Under the pieces are notes generated by a model. It was not told the origin of the DNA, did no database searches, and worked only from the letters and a program-made list of their open reading frames with translations. This document shows, in pieces, positions 1 through 8,931 of a DNA stretch of 36,845 nt. Position numbers and translations under genes: made by a program. The stretch is from an uncultured Dehalococcoidia bacterium (GTDB lineage: Bacteria > Chloroflexota > Dehalococcoidia > Lucifugimonadales > UBA3495): NCBI GenBank assembly GCA_950072105.1, contig CATMOE010000037.1, positions 1 to 36,845 on the forward strand. The letters run 5' to 3'. Numbering within the stretch: position 1 is the stretch's first letter; each line of letters starts with the position of its first letter.

Positions 1-65
1 AAGAATGCAGACAAGGCCACCTTGGCTTTGAAGGCTGGGCTGTGTTTCTTCCGTATCTGTTTCAT
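1..65 (-). CDS. IS3-family transposase OrfA, N-terminus (partial)
   Basis: ATG at 65 gives MKQIRKKHSPAFKAKVALSAF, matching the RKxHSxxFKAKVAL start of IS3 OrfA HTH proteins. Confidence 0.8.
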   Translation of the reverse strand, partial: MKQIRKKHSPAFKAKVALSAF

Positions 66-140
66 GTCCTGCTCCTTCTTTGCAATTCTAGGAGCGGGAC
101 TCTCTCTTAGCTACCTGTTCAAATTTCCCAGACCACCTCA
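1..140 (-). mobile_element. IS3-family insertion sequence, left end (partial; continues beyond the window start)
   Basis: Minus strand begins TGAGGTGGTCTGGGAAATTTGAACA at 140 (5'-TG, IS3-like terminal IR), then RBS AAGGAG and an OrfA-like start. It interrupts the lipoprotein frame. Confidence 0.8.
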
Positions 141-522
141 GTGCGTGGGTGTTGACAGGTACAGGTACCAATGTGGGTTGTTGGGTGGGTGAGGGATTCG
201 GCGCCGGAGTAGGCGAAGGAGCCGCCGCGTCTATTGAAGCCGGTGTTGCCGGAGGCTGGGCCGGCTGCACAGATTGTGTAGGCGTGGGCGTGGGACCTGA
301 TGATGTCGCTGAGGACCCTTCTGGTTTATCCGGTGCGGGAACTTGCGTGGCCACAAGCGTCGGCTCGATCGCCGCTTGCGTCGTCGCTGGGACGGGCACG
401 GCGGTGGCGGTCCGTTCCGGCTCCGGGTCTTGCCCGCATCCAGCCAACGCCAATACGCTGAACGACAGCACCAACACGAGCCTTCAATGTGCCCCGAGCA
501 TTCTTGCCAAGATGATATTCAT
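141..522 (-). pseudogene. Pro/Thr-rich lipoprotein, truncated by IS3, with an in-frame TGA in the signal peptide
   Basis: RBS AAAGGA and ATG 522: MNIILARMLGAH*RLVLVLSFSVLALAGC (lipobox LAGC; TGA at 484-486), then a PT-rich linker that runs into the IS end at 140. Confidence 0.7.
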
Positions 523-762
523 TCAGACCGATTCCTTTGTTCGAAAGTTGTTTCCTATTCGATAGTACGTCCGGGCGGTGATCCAGGTTTGGTTTATGCG
601 GTAACGACGTTCGCATGGGAGATCGCGCCGGCATTTTCAGTATTTATTATTCCATCTCTTCCGCGTAAACATCAATGACGCTAAGGCGGGATTGATGTAC
701 CAAAATGGTCCTTTTGTCCGCGCCGGTAGGGCCACTCCAAGTGCGGGCTAAGGGTAGGCCGG

Positions 763-771
763 TGATATACT
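763..771 (+). promoter_or_regulatory. Putative extended -10 promoter element
   Basis: TGATATACT (TGn-TATACT) about 100 nt upstream of the hydrolase start. Confidence 0.4.
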
Positions 772-874
772 TCTGGACGCGGGCCGCCGTACCCGGCTGG
801 ACTTTACAGATCTTGATACCCGATCGGCGTCTGTGGGTTGGGACCTTATATGGATTCTAACGTTGGAGTATGAA

Positions 875-1753
875 ATGGTTCAATCACCGGCGCTATCTTA
901 TGATCCGAAGCAGATCATCGGACTGGATGTTACCGAAGTCGATTACCGGCGTGATCAGGATGTGTCCTGGATGGTGCGAGTATATCAACCTAAGGGGACC
1001 GGCCCGTTTCCGGTTATGTTGGATGTACATGGCGGAAGGTGGAGCCGGGGCACCAGGACCAACTCCGAGGTGATGGATCGGGCACTGGCCGAGAGCGGTA
1101 TCGTGGTGGCGGCTATCGAATTCAGACTGGCTCCCGACCACCCCTATCCGGCCCAAGTGGCCGACATCAATTACGGTACGCGCTGGCTAAAGGCCCATGC
1201 CAGGGATTTCAATGGCGACCCCGGCGCGATAGGCGCGATAGGTTCGTCCAGCGGTGGGCACGGCGTCTTCCTCAGCGCCATGCGTCCCAACGATCCTCGC
1301 TACGCCGCATTCCCATTGGACGAGGCTCCGAAATTTGATGCCACGCTCAATTTCATCGTGGCTTGTTGGCCGGTAGTGGACCCCCAAGCCCGCATCCAAT
1401 ATGCCCACGACACCAACAACGAGGGGCTGATTACCGCGACCGAAGCCTACTTCACCAGCAGCGACGGCGCCACGGAGGGCAACCCTCACATGATTCTGCA
1501 ACGGGGCGAAACAGTGATTTTGCCTCCCGCTATCATTATTCAGGGCACCGAGGACGACAATATTCCGGTGCCGGCGACAAAGGAGTTTGCCGAGGCTTAT
1601 CGCCGTTGCGGTGGCGAGATACAGCTAGAGATTTTCGATGGTATGCCCCACGGATTTGGCTATCGCCCCGGGCCGGAAACCGACCGCGCCGTTGACTTGA
1701 TCAAAGCTTTCATCGCCCGTCAATTGTCCGCGCCCGCCCGAGCTGGTTCTTAG
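875..1753 (+). CDS. Alpha/beta hydrolase (HSL/GDXG esterase family)
   Basis: HGGRW oxyanion motif, FRLAP..YPAQV.D, GSSSGG nucleophile elbow, GTEDD, HGF. RBS GGAG at 865 supports ATG 875. Confidence 0.9.
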   Translation: MVQSPALSYDPKQIIGLDVTEVDYRRDQDVSWMVRVYQPKGTGPFPVMLDVHGGRWSRGTRTNSEVMDRALAESGIVVAAIEFRLAPDHPYPAQVADINYGTRWLKAHARDFNGDPGAIGAIGSSSGGHGVFLSAMRPNDPRYAAFPLDEAPKFDATLNFIVACWPVVDPQARIQYAHDTNNEGLITATEAYFTSSDGATEGNPHMILQRGETVILPPAIIIQGTEDDNIPVPATKEFAEAYRRCGGEIQLEIFDGMPHGFGYRPGPETDRAVDLIKAFIARQLSAPARAGS

Positions 1754-1834
1754 TTCGGTGGAAGGACTCTTTGTCAAACTCCGGGCTATCGGTTGACGTT
1801 ATAAGGATCAGTTCTTAGGGTTTCTAGCCGCGCG

Positions 1835-1916
1835 AAAAAAAGCCGCCCCAACGGCGGCTTATCTGATGCTCAAACACGGTGGGCAAAAAAATCGCCTCAA
1901 CAAATTGTTGAGACTG
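1835..1916 (-). ncRNA. Putative ~80-nt small RNA, copy 1
   Basis: Bounded by a sigma70 promoter and an intrinsic terminator (AAGCCGCC-gttgg-GGCGGCTT-T-tract). 5' hairpin GTCTCAACA-att-TGTTGAGGC. No conserved ORF. Confidence 0.6.
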
Positions 1917-1922
1917 CCGAGA

Positions 1923-1952
1923 ATTGTAGCATATTACGGATAAGGCCGTCAA
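1923..1952 (-). promoter_or_regulatory. Sigma70-type promoter of the putative sRNA
   Basis: TTGACG (1952-1947), 18 nt, TACAAT (1928-1923), with extended TG. Confidence 0.7.
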
Positions 1953-1984
1953 GCTTTTGAGCCTAGATCGATAAAAAGGTCGTC

Positions 1985-2038
1985 ACCGTGTTTGGCCGGC
2001 GACGCCAAGGAAAGCAAGCCTTGATGGCCAAACACGGT
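1985..2038. repeat. 13-bp inverted repeat / long hairpin
   Basis: ACCGTGTTTGGCC ... GGCCAAACACGGT, with inner stem CAAGG/CCTTG. Confidence 0.85.
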
Positions 2039-2086
2039 TTGATTGGGAGAACGCGGTAGAGACGGGCATTGGTACGGGCGGGCGCT

Positions 2087-2230
2087 GCGCAAAAAAAGCC
2101 GCCCCAAACGGTGGCTATATTGATGCTCAAATACGGTGGGCAAAAAAATCGCCTCAACAATTTGTTGAGACTGTCGAGCATACTAGGGATAAGGCCGTCA
2201 AGCTTTCCTTCCTAGATCGATAAAAAGGTC
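2087..2230. repeat. Direct repeat copy 2 (second putative sRNA copy at ~2091-2172, minus strand)
   Basis: Same hairpin, U-tract and terminator. The 8 nt ACAATTCT of the -10 region are missing and the terminator stem has one mismatch. Confidence 0.9.
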
Positions 2231-2366
2231 CCACGCTAGTAACCGGCGAAAAAAATAGCTGCCCAAGGAGCCACGGTCCTTGGCCGAGTCTTCCATGCGG
2301 CATAGGATAAGGTAGAATAGCGTCGCACCAACTCAGAATCACCTTCGCTTCTATCAGGAGGACCAC

Positions 2367-2855
2367 ATGCCAGACCTATCTTCAATGGCCGCGTCGGTAG
2401 GAGCGCTGCTCAAAGAGTCAGATCAGACTCTGGCTGTGAGCGAATCATCCTGCGGCGGCTTGCTCTCAGCGTGTCTGGTTGCCATACCTGGGGCATCAGC
2501 CTATTACCGGGGCGGCGCTGTGGTTTACACTCGCTTCGCTCAGCGAGGCCTGCTTCAAGTCCCCGACTCCGCCATGACCGGAATACGGGCCAGCTCCGAG
2601 CCCTATGCCTTGCTGAACGCCCGGACCGTGCGAGAGTCCTTGGACACGACCTGGGCTCTTAGCGAAACAGGCGCCAGCGGCCCCACGGGAAATAGTTACG
2701 GCGATTCCGCTGGCCACGCCTGTTTCGCTGTGACCGGGCCTGTAGAACGGGCTATAACCATGGAAACCGGAGACGCCAACCGGGAGGCCAACATGTGGGT
2801 CTTTGCCAAGGCGGCTTTCGACTTGTTGGAGCAGTGTGTTCGGGAATCCCGGTAA
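2367..2855 (+). CDS. CinA C-terminal domain / PncC-like amidohydrolase family protein
   Basis: LAVSESSCGGL, PGASAYY.GG.V.Y, SETGASGPTG motifs; RBS AGGAGG. Confidence 0.9.
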   Translation: MPDLSSMAASVGALLKESDQTLAVSESSCGGLLSACLVAIPGASAYYRGGAVVYTRFAQRGLLQVPDSAMTGIRASSEPYALLNARTVRESLDTTWALSETGASGPTGNSYGDSAGHACFAVTGPVERAITMETGDANREANMWVFAKAAFDLLEQCVRESR

Positions 2856-2890
2856 CCCGGACCTATTCGTCTAGCGCGTGAGCGAGTCAG

Positions 2891-3652
2891 TTGACGCTGA
2901 ACCGGTTGTACAACGATCTGGCATGGCTCTGGCCGGTTATCAGTCCTCCCGAAGAATACGCCGATGAGTCCGCCTATTGGCGCCGGGCGCTATGGGACAA
3001 ACTCGGGGTTGGCCGTCACCGCATCCTGGAATTGGGAGCCGGCGGGGGACATAATCTTTCCCATCTAACCCGGCACTTCCAGGCCACCGCGGTGGATCTC
3101 TCACCGCAAATGTTCCGTCTTTCGACCGGTCTGAATCCGGGTGTGGATCACCACCTGGGGGACATGCGGTCAGTGCGGTTGAGCCGGACATTCGATGCAG
3201 TGCTTATCCATGACGCCGTTTCCTACCTGCTGACCGAAGACGACTTGAAAGCTACGTTGGAAACCGCCAGGGTTCACCTGCGTCCCGAAGGGATGTTGTT
3301 GATTGGACCGGATTGGGTTCGCGAGGATTTTGATGGGTCCACTCCCAAGGAATTCCGCTGGGTCAGAAAAAAAGGAAGCGTCGAGGTCACCATCGAAGAA
3401 TATCTCCACGATCCCGACCCGGATGATACTCAGATAGAGTCGGTTTACACTTATACGATCAAAGAGGCTGGACAGGACCGCGTTGAGAAGGACATTCATA
3501 TCACTGGGCTGTTCCCGATAGCCACGTGGACCAGGCTTATGGAAGAGGCCGGGTTCGGGGTGGAGACGACCCGGCTGCCGCCCAACCGTGGCGGTTATGG
3601 CAGCTTGATGTTTTCTGGAGTATTGCTGCCTCAAGCGTCCGCCGGCGGCTAG
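2891..3652 (+). CDS. Class I SAM-dependent methyltransferase
   Basis: ILELGAGGG, VDLSPQM, GDMR, FDAV, HLRPEG motifs. Confidence 0.9.
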   Translation: MTLNRLYNDLAWLWPVISPPEEYADESAYWRRALWDKLGVGRHRILELGAGGGHNLSHLTRHFQATAVDLSPQMFRLSTGLNPGVDHHLGDMRSVRLSRTFDAVLIHDAVSYLLTEDDLKATLETARVHLRPEGMLLIGPDWVREDFDGSTPKEFRWVRKKGSVEVTIEEYLHDPDPDDTQIESVYTYTIKEAGQDRVEKDIHITGLFPIATWTRLMEEAGFGVETTRLPPNRGGYGSLMFSGVLLPQASAGG

Positions 3653-3707
3653 AAGCGCCGATAGCGATGCGTGTCGAGCATGGACCATCTAGATCTGGAG
3701 TGTAGGT

Positions 3708-4034
3708 ATGGCCTACAACGCTGAGATTGCCGATAGAGTGTTAAAAATGATGGTAGGGCGGGAAGGTCTCACCGAAAGGAAAATGTTCGGCGGAATCGCC
3801 TTTATGCTGAATGGTAACATGTGCTGCGGCGTGACCAACGACGACTTGATGGTCCGGGTGGGCGCCGACGGTCTCGAAGACGCTCTGGACCAGCCCCACG
3901 CCCGCCCCATGGACTTTACCGGCCGTCCGATGAAGGGATTCGTCTTCGTGGACGCCGGCGCCGTGGGGGACAGGGTGCTTCGGCAATGGATACAGCGGGG
4001 CGTGACTTTTGCCGAATCGCTTCCGGCTAAGTGA
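3708..4034 (+). CDS. TfoX/Sxy N-terminal domain protein
   Basis: ERKMFGG.AFM.NGNM, LMVRVG, PMDFTGRPMKG, LPAK ending. Confidence 0.9.
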   Translation: MAYNAEIADRVLKMMVGREGLTERKMFGGIAFMLNGNMCCGVTNDDLMVRVGADGLEDALDQPHARPMDFTGRPMKGFVFVDAGAVGDRVLRQWIQRGVTFAESLPAK

Positions 4035-4078
4035 TCCCATACGCCAAAAGAGCCTGACAAGATCAAGGAGAAATAAAG

Positions 4079-5191
4079 ATGACAGACAATGTGATTCCCT
4101 TGGCGCGAGAGATAGGGCGGGTACCGTCGATGACGGTGGCGCTTGACCAGGAAGAGGAGCTGCGGTTCCAGCGCCTGATGGAAGACATAATAATGATCGA
4201 CGTGCACCAGCACCCATTTGTTTGCCCAGAGGACATGGAACGGTTGGTGGAACTGCTGCGGGGCAACAAGTACAAATGGGGGTATGAAGCGGTGAAGCAG
4301 GGCGGCTGGACTGCGGTTGCTACGTCCAACGCTTTTCGTGGGTTTATCAATACCCACGACATGTCCTTTACCCGGTTCCAGGACCTCCAGGCCGAAGTGG
4401 GATTGATGCTGTCGGACTTGAACCTCAGCGGCCAGGCAGTCCTGGTGGGCAACGCTGACGAGATCGAGGCGTGCAAGCAGCAAGGTACTGTTGGATTCTT
4501 GCCCACCTTGGAGCACTTGGCCATCGGTAACGAGATCGACCGGTTGGACATCTACCACGGCATGGGCATTCGTCTGGCGGGCCTCACCTACACCCGCAAG
4601 AACTACATCGGCGATGGACAGAACGAGCGCAACGGCGGCGGTCTCAGCGACTTCGGCATTGAGGTTGTGAACCGTATGAACTCGCTGGGTATGGCCATCG
4701 ACATCTCCCACGCGTCTTTCAATACCGCCTTGGACGCCGTCAAGTTCTCCAAGACGCCGGTGACCTTTAGCCACAATGCTTCTTACACCCTGAGGCCCAC
4801 CGCCAGGACCCGCAACGACGAAGAGTTGGCCGCCTGCGCCAAGGAAGGCGGCCTGATCGCCATCACCGCCGTTCCCAACTCCCTGAGCGACGACCCGAAC
4901 CAAGATATCGGCTGTGTCTTGGACCATTACGACTACATGGTGAAGCTGGTGGGAGTCGACCACGTGGCCATCGGCACCGACACAAATATCGGAGACCACG
5001 TGGCATTTCACCGGGTAATGCTGGGCCGGAACGCGGATGAACTGCCCGCGCCCTATCTGGACGGCCTGGAATCGCCCGAAGACGGTAAGAACATCATCCG
5101 GGGACTGATCAGCCGGGGATACTCGGACGCCGACGTCACCAAGCTGGCCGGCGGCAACGCTCTACAGTTCTTCCGAAGGGTGATGGCTTAG
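4079..5191 (+). CDS. Membrane dipeptidase (peptidase M19) family protein
   Basis: TLE, G.RL.GLTY, GGLSDFG.EVV.RMN.LGM.IDISH, FSH, HVAIGTD, GGN.L motifs; RBS AAGGAG. Confidence 0.9.
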   Translation: MTDNVIPLAREIGRVPSMTVALDQEEELRFQRLMEDIIMIDVHQHPFVCPEDMERLVELLRGNKYKWGYEAVKQGGWTAVATSNAFRGFINTHDMSFTRFQDLQAEVGLMLSDLNLSGQAVLVGNADEIEACKQQGTVGFLPTLEHLAIGNEIDRLDIYHGMGIRLAGLTYTRKNYIGDGQNERNGGGLSDFGIEVVNRMNSLGMAIDISHASFNTALDAVKFSKTPVTFSHNASYTLRPTARTRNDEELAACAKEGGLIAITAVPNSLSDDPNQDIGCVLDHYDYMVKLVGVDHVAIGTDTNIGDHVAFHRVMLGRNADELPAPYLDGLESPEDGKNIIRGLISRGYSDADVTKLAGGNALQFFRRVMA

Positions 5192-5314
5192 GAGAGACCG
5201 GTCGGACAGTCCTACTTAGGCTCAGGCCAGTTCACCACGGACGAACCTTAGTCGTAGAAGTGGCGGCACCGGACTGAACCTTGATTTTCGATCGTCGGAG
5301 GATGTTGGAACGTC

Positions 5315-6175
5315 ATGCCAAGTCAAGTAATAGAAAACTCTGTGATGGCCTATCTCGATAATGAAGATAGCGCCGACATAAGCAACCCCATCCACTCCAC
5401 TGAGGTTGCCAAATCATACGGTTTCGCAGGTCCGTTAGTGGGCGGCGTAACGGTTTGGGGATGGGCAACGGATACTATCCTAGAAGCGTTGGGAGAAGAT
5501 TGGCTGGAGAAGGGCTGGGCAGAATACTCTTTTCGCCATCCAACATTTCCCGGTGACCGCCTGACCGTCAGAGCGTCGCTCGATGGGGAATCTCCATCCG
5601 GTTCCTGGAAAGTAGAGATGATTAATCAAGATGACGAAGTGTGTGTTGTTGGTCGGGTAGGTTCAGGAATGGCGGAATGGTCCAGCGAGTTAGTTCGTCC
5701 GGCGTCCATGCGTACGACAGACGAGGTCTATCCGAAGGGACCGTTAACTCTGGAGAACGCAGAGGCTGGAAAGGACTGGTTGGCGATGAGCCTCAAATTC
5801 TCTCGGGAAGCCGCGCAGGAATTCATTACAGTTAAGCAGCGGACTGACAACCCCTTGTTCACCGGCGAAAAGGCAATCGCTCACCCTTCATGGACTGCGG
5901 GATGGGCGGAGAAACTCCTCAGGCACAATTTTGCCATCCCAACTTCGATGCATACTAGAAGCCGAGCGCAACATCACCGCAGACTACCCGTTGGATCCAC
6001 CGTCACCGGCGGCGCCCACCTTATCCAAGCCTACGAACGCAAGGCCCACCACTTCGCCAATTTCGATGTCCTTTTACAAGATGAGCAAGGCTTTGACATA
6101 GCCCAACTTAGGCATTGGACGATATTCAAAATAGCGACCGTCGAGGAACGGGAAGCCCTAGGCCATATTGGCTAG
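5315..6175 (+). CDS. Double hot-dog fold (MaoC-like) protein
   Basis: SNPIHSTEVAKSYGF.GPLVGGV, F.HP.FPGD, and a second half with YERK.HHF; RBS GGAG. Confidence 0.75.
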   Translation: MPSQVIENSVMAYLDNEDSADISNPIHSTEVAKSYGFAGPLVGGVTVWGWATDTILEALGEDWLEKGWAEYSFRHPTFPGDRLTVRASLDGESPSGSWKVEMINQDDEVCVVGRVGSGMAEWSSELVRPASMRTTDEVYPKGPLTLENAEAGKDWLAMSLKFSREAAQEFITVKQRTDNPLFTGEKAIAHPSWTAGWAEKLLRHNFAIPTSMHTRSRAQHHRRLPVGSTVTGGAHLIQAYERKAHHFANFDVLLQDEQGFDIAQLRHWTIFKIATVEEREALGHIG

Positions 6176-6203
6176 CCAGTCGAGTCAATCCTCGACGCCG
6201 AGC

Positions 6204-7223
6204 CTACACGTCTATCTTATAAACCCTCGCCGCGGTGTCGTGGAACATGGCGGCCCGCTCGGTGGCCGAGTAGTCCTTGGACAGCCGCTTGAAGGCGTTG
6301 TACATGATGTTGTAGGAGAAGGACACCTTGTCCACGGGGAAGTTGCTTTCGAACATGCATCGTTCGGGGCCGAACTGCTCGATGCAGTAGTTCATGAACG
6401 GGGCCATGGATTCGGCCAACTCTTCAGAGCCGATGGGTTGAGTCCGGGTGTGCCAGTCGAAACCGTTGGCGGGCATACCCATTCCGCCCAGCTTGATGAC
6501 GACGTTGGGGCAGGCGGCAACGGCGGCTATGCCGCTGCGCCAGATGGGCAGAATTTCATCGTCCCGGTTGGCGTAGATCCCTTCCCGTATCAGGCCGCCG
6601 ACGTGGTTGAGGATGATAGTCAGGTCGGGTACGGCCTTGGCAAAGTCCGCCAGTTCGGTCAACTGCCGGAAGTAGAGCCAACCCTCCAGCGACAGGCCCA
6701 TCTTCGCCAGCAGCCGCGCTCCCGCCCGGAAATTGTCGGCGCCCAATTGGCCCTGGGCGTTGTGCGCGGCGGTATTCGCCACCTCGGCGTCCCAGGTGAC
6801 CGAGTGGCGGATACCGCGGAATCGATTGGGGCTGGCGGCTTGCAAGGCTTGCAACACCGGCTCCACTTGGTCGCCTAGGTTCAGGTTGGCGTGGCCGATG
6901 ATGGTTGCCGCTGCCCGGCCGGGTCCGTACAGTCCGTTGGCGCTGGCGGCGGCCAGACCCTGAACGAACTCGACCTCGCCAACGGGACGCATCTCCTCCG
7001 GACCATCGGCGCGATACATCGACCGGGCTTCCACGAACACCGTTGAACGCACGTTGTGGCCGCTGGTGATGTCGGCGGCTAACTCGTGGAGTAGATACCG
7101 TTGGTAGGGAATCCGAGCCGCCCGGAAGTCCCAGAAGTGATGATGCGGGTCGCAGATGGGAAGGTCCGGCTCCAGCGAGGATTCTTGGGTCAAAGCGTGC
7201 CAGTCATTGCCGCCGAATGGCAT
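6204..7223 (-). CDS. Amidohydrolase family 2 protein
   Basis: ICDPHHHFWD, STVFVE, FRGIR, ILNHVGG, KLGG, RCMFESNFPVDK motifs. Confidence 0.92.
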   Translation of the reverse strand: MPFGGNDWHALTQESSLEPDLPICDPHHHFWDFRAARIPYQRYLLHELAADITSGHNVRSTVFVEARSMYRADGPEEMRPVGEVEFVQGLAAASANGLYGPGRAAATIIGHANLNLGDQVEPVLQALQAASPNRFRGIRHSVTWDAEVANTAAHNAQGQLGADNFRAGARLLAKMGLSLEGWLYFRQLTELADFAKAVPDLTIILNHVGGLIREGIYANRDDEILPIWRSGIAAVAACPNVVIKLGGMGMPANGFDWHTRTQPIGSEELAESMAPFMNYCIEQFGPERCMFESNFPVDKVSFSYNIMYNAFKRLSKDYSATERAAMFHDTAARVYKIDV

Positions 7224-7293
7224 GATTGGGCCTCCATAACAGAATATCTAGGCCCAATAGTATCACAGCCTCGGAGCGGGTTTCCCCGCGTTG

Positions 7294-7683
7294 CTAGGAA
7301 GGCTCTCTTTGGCGAATGGCCCCAACTATCAAGGAAGTCCATGCTGCCATGAGGCTAAGGCCCCCCAGGGGCGCGATCGCCCCGAACACGCCGATCCCCG
7401 TGATCGCAAGTATATACAGGCTCCCGCTGAACAGAACGACTCCAGCGGTAAATAGGACACCGGACAATTTTACAAACCCCGTTTTCCACCGGCCGGCCAG
7501 CGACCCCACGGCCAACAGCGCCAGAGCGTGGTACATCTGGAACCGCACCCCGGTTTCGAAAGTGTTTAACGCCTTGGCATCCAAAACATCTCGCAGAGCG
7601 TGTACTCCCATCGCGCCGGCCACAACGCCCAGAAGTCCCAAGATACCTCCCGCCATTATCAAAACCCGGCTTGTGGACATCAT
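7294..7683 (-). CDS. DUF423 (YgdD/TMEM256) membrane protein
   Basis: GAMGVHAL, FETGVRFQMYHALAL, LFSGSLY, IAPLGG motifs. Confidence 0.92.
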   Translation of the reverse strand: MMSTSRVLIMAGGILGLLGVVAGAMGVHALRDVLDAKALNTFETGVRFQMYHALALLAVGSLAGRWKTGFVKLSGVLFTAGVVLFSGSLYILAITGIGVFGAIAPLGGLSLMAAWTSLIVGAIRQREPS

Positions 7684-7754
7684 GCTTCCTTTGTCATCTG
7701 TTTCATCACAATACTGTAAGTCACGGCCACCCCGAAGAAAAGACTGGTCCGGGT

Positions 7755-7783
7755 TTGACTACCGCCACCCAGCCCGTTACCAT
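7755..7783 (+). promoter_or_regulatory. Putative sigma70 promoter
   Basis: TTGACT-17 nt-TACCAT upstream of the LLM gene. Confidence 0.55.
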
Positions 7784-7838
7784 CCCGAATGGCGCATAAT
7801 CCGTTCCTGGCGGCGATATCGAAGATTAAGGAGATACT

Positions 7839-8897
7839 TTGAAGTTTAGCAACTTCCTATTCCCGGAGAGCAAATCTCCGGATGACGATTTCAGTGTCAT
7901 CGAGGAGTCTTTGGACGAAGCGGTCCTGACCGACGAGCTGGGTTTTGACGCCGTTTGGTTGGCGGAGCACCACTTCGACGGCGGCTGTGTGTACGTGGAC
8001 CCGGTGACCTTCGCCGCGGCCATCGCCGCCAGAACCAAGAAGGTCAAGATCGGCTTCGCCGTGGCTCAGATGGCCTTGCATCACCCGATCAGATTTGCCG
8101 AGCAGATAGCCCTCATCGACAACATCAGCCGGGGGCGGATGATCGTCGGCGTGGGCCGGGGAACGGCTTACAACTTCTACGAGTTCCGTGGCTATGGCAT
8201 CGACCCTGACGAGGCCCACGAACGGCTTCTGGAAGTGGAAGACATTCTCATCGAAGCCTGGACCACCGAGAATTACAAGCATGAAGGCAAATACTGGCAG
8301 GTCGAGCTCCCCGTGCTGCGCCCGCAGGTATACCAGAAGCCGCACCCGCCCATTATAAGGGCCTGCTCCGGCCTGGAATCCACCTTAGAGATGGCCCGGG
8401 AGGGAAGGCCGTTCTTAATGAATCTGCAGAGCGACCAGACCACCAAGGAACGGATGGATCTGTACCGGAGCACCATGTTCGAGGCCGGTTTCGACGAGGA
8501 AGCGGTGGCCCGCTGCGTGGACGACTCCTGGGTGTGGCGCAACATTTTCGTCGCCGACACCGACGCTGAGGCTGAAGCCATCGCTGTGCCCCACTTTCGG
8601 GCCATGCGCGCCTATCTCTCGGGTAACCGGGCCCGGATGAACACGGAAGAAGAGCGGGCCGCCCAAGCCGCCGCCGTCACCGGCGCGGCCCGGGACTCTA
8701 TCGATCACGGACTGATCTTCGGCTCGCCGGAAACGGTCCGCCAGCGCCTTGAAGAGGTAGACAATATCGGCGTCGGCGGCATCATCATCCACTTCCGCCT
8801 GGGCTCCATGCCCTACGCCGACACCGAACACAGCCTGCGGTTGTTCGCCGAGAAGGTGGCGCCGCATTTTAAGAGACCGGATAATGAACACGATTAA
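7839..8897 (+). CDS. LLM class flavin-dependent oxidoreductase (luciferase-like)
   Basis: GFDAVWLAEHHF, HPIRFAEQ.A.ID.IS.GR, GVGRG, YQKPHPP, IFGSPETV; TTG start after TAAGGAG. Confidence 0.93.
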   Translation: MKFSNFLFPESKSPDDDFSVIEESLDEAVLTDELGFDAVWLAEHHFDGGCVYVDPVTFAAAIAARTKKVKIGFAVAQMALHHPIRFAEQIALIDNISRGRMIVGVGRGTAYNFYEFRGYGIDPDEAHERLLEVEDILIEAWTTENYKHEGKYWQVELPVLRPQVYQKPHPPIIRACSGLESTLEMAREGRPFLMNLQSDQTTKERMDLYRSTMFEAGFDEEAVARCVDDSWVWRNIFVADTDAEAEAIAVPHFRAMRAYLSGNRARMNTEEERAAQAAAVTGAARDSIDHGLIFGSPETVRQRLEEVDNIGVGGIIIHFRLGSMPYADTEHSLRLFAEKVAPHFKRPDNEHD

Positions 8898-8931
8898 ATT
8901 TGTGTCCAATTTCCAAACCGGAGAATAAGTT

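Larger units (their letters stand above)
1830..1981. repeat. Direct repeat copy 1 (~150 bp)
   Basis: Aligns by eye with 2087-2230, with scattered substitutions and one 8-nt indel. Confidence 0.95.

Noticed and set aside
1963..2181. 72-aa ORF or Phe-rich leader peptide (MLDSLNKLLRRFF...)
   Set aside because: The frame is not preserved in copy 1, it runs through a terminator, and no downstream gene exists to attenuate.
1830..2290. CRISPR array
   Set aside because: Only two long repeats, no regular repeat-spacer period and no cas genes in the window.
3713..5011. Long antisense ORFs (432 aa here; also 6168-6878, 27016-27774, 29977-30735 and others)
   Set aside because: Shadow frames opposite well-supported genes, expected at high GC, with no recognisable motifs.
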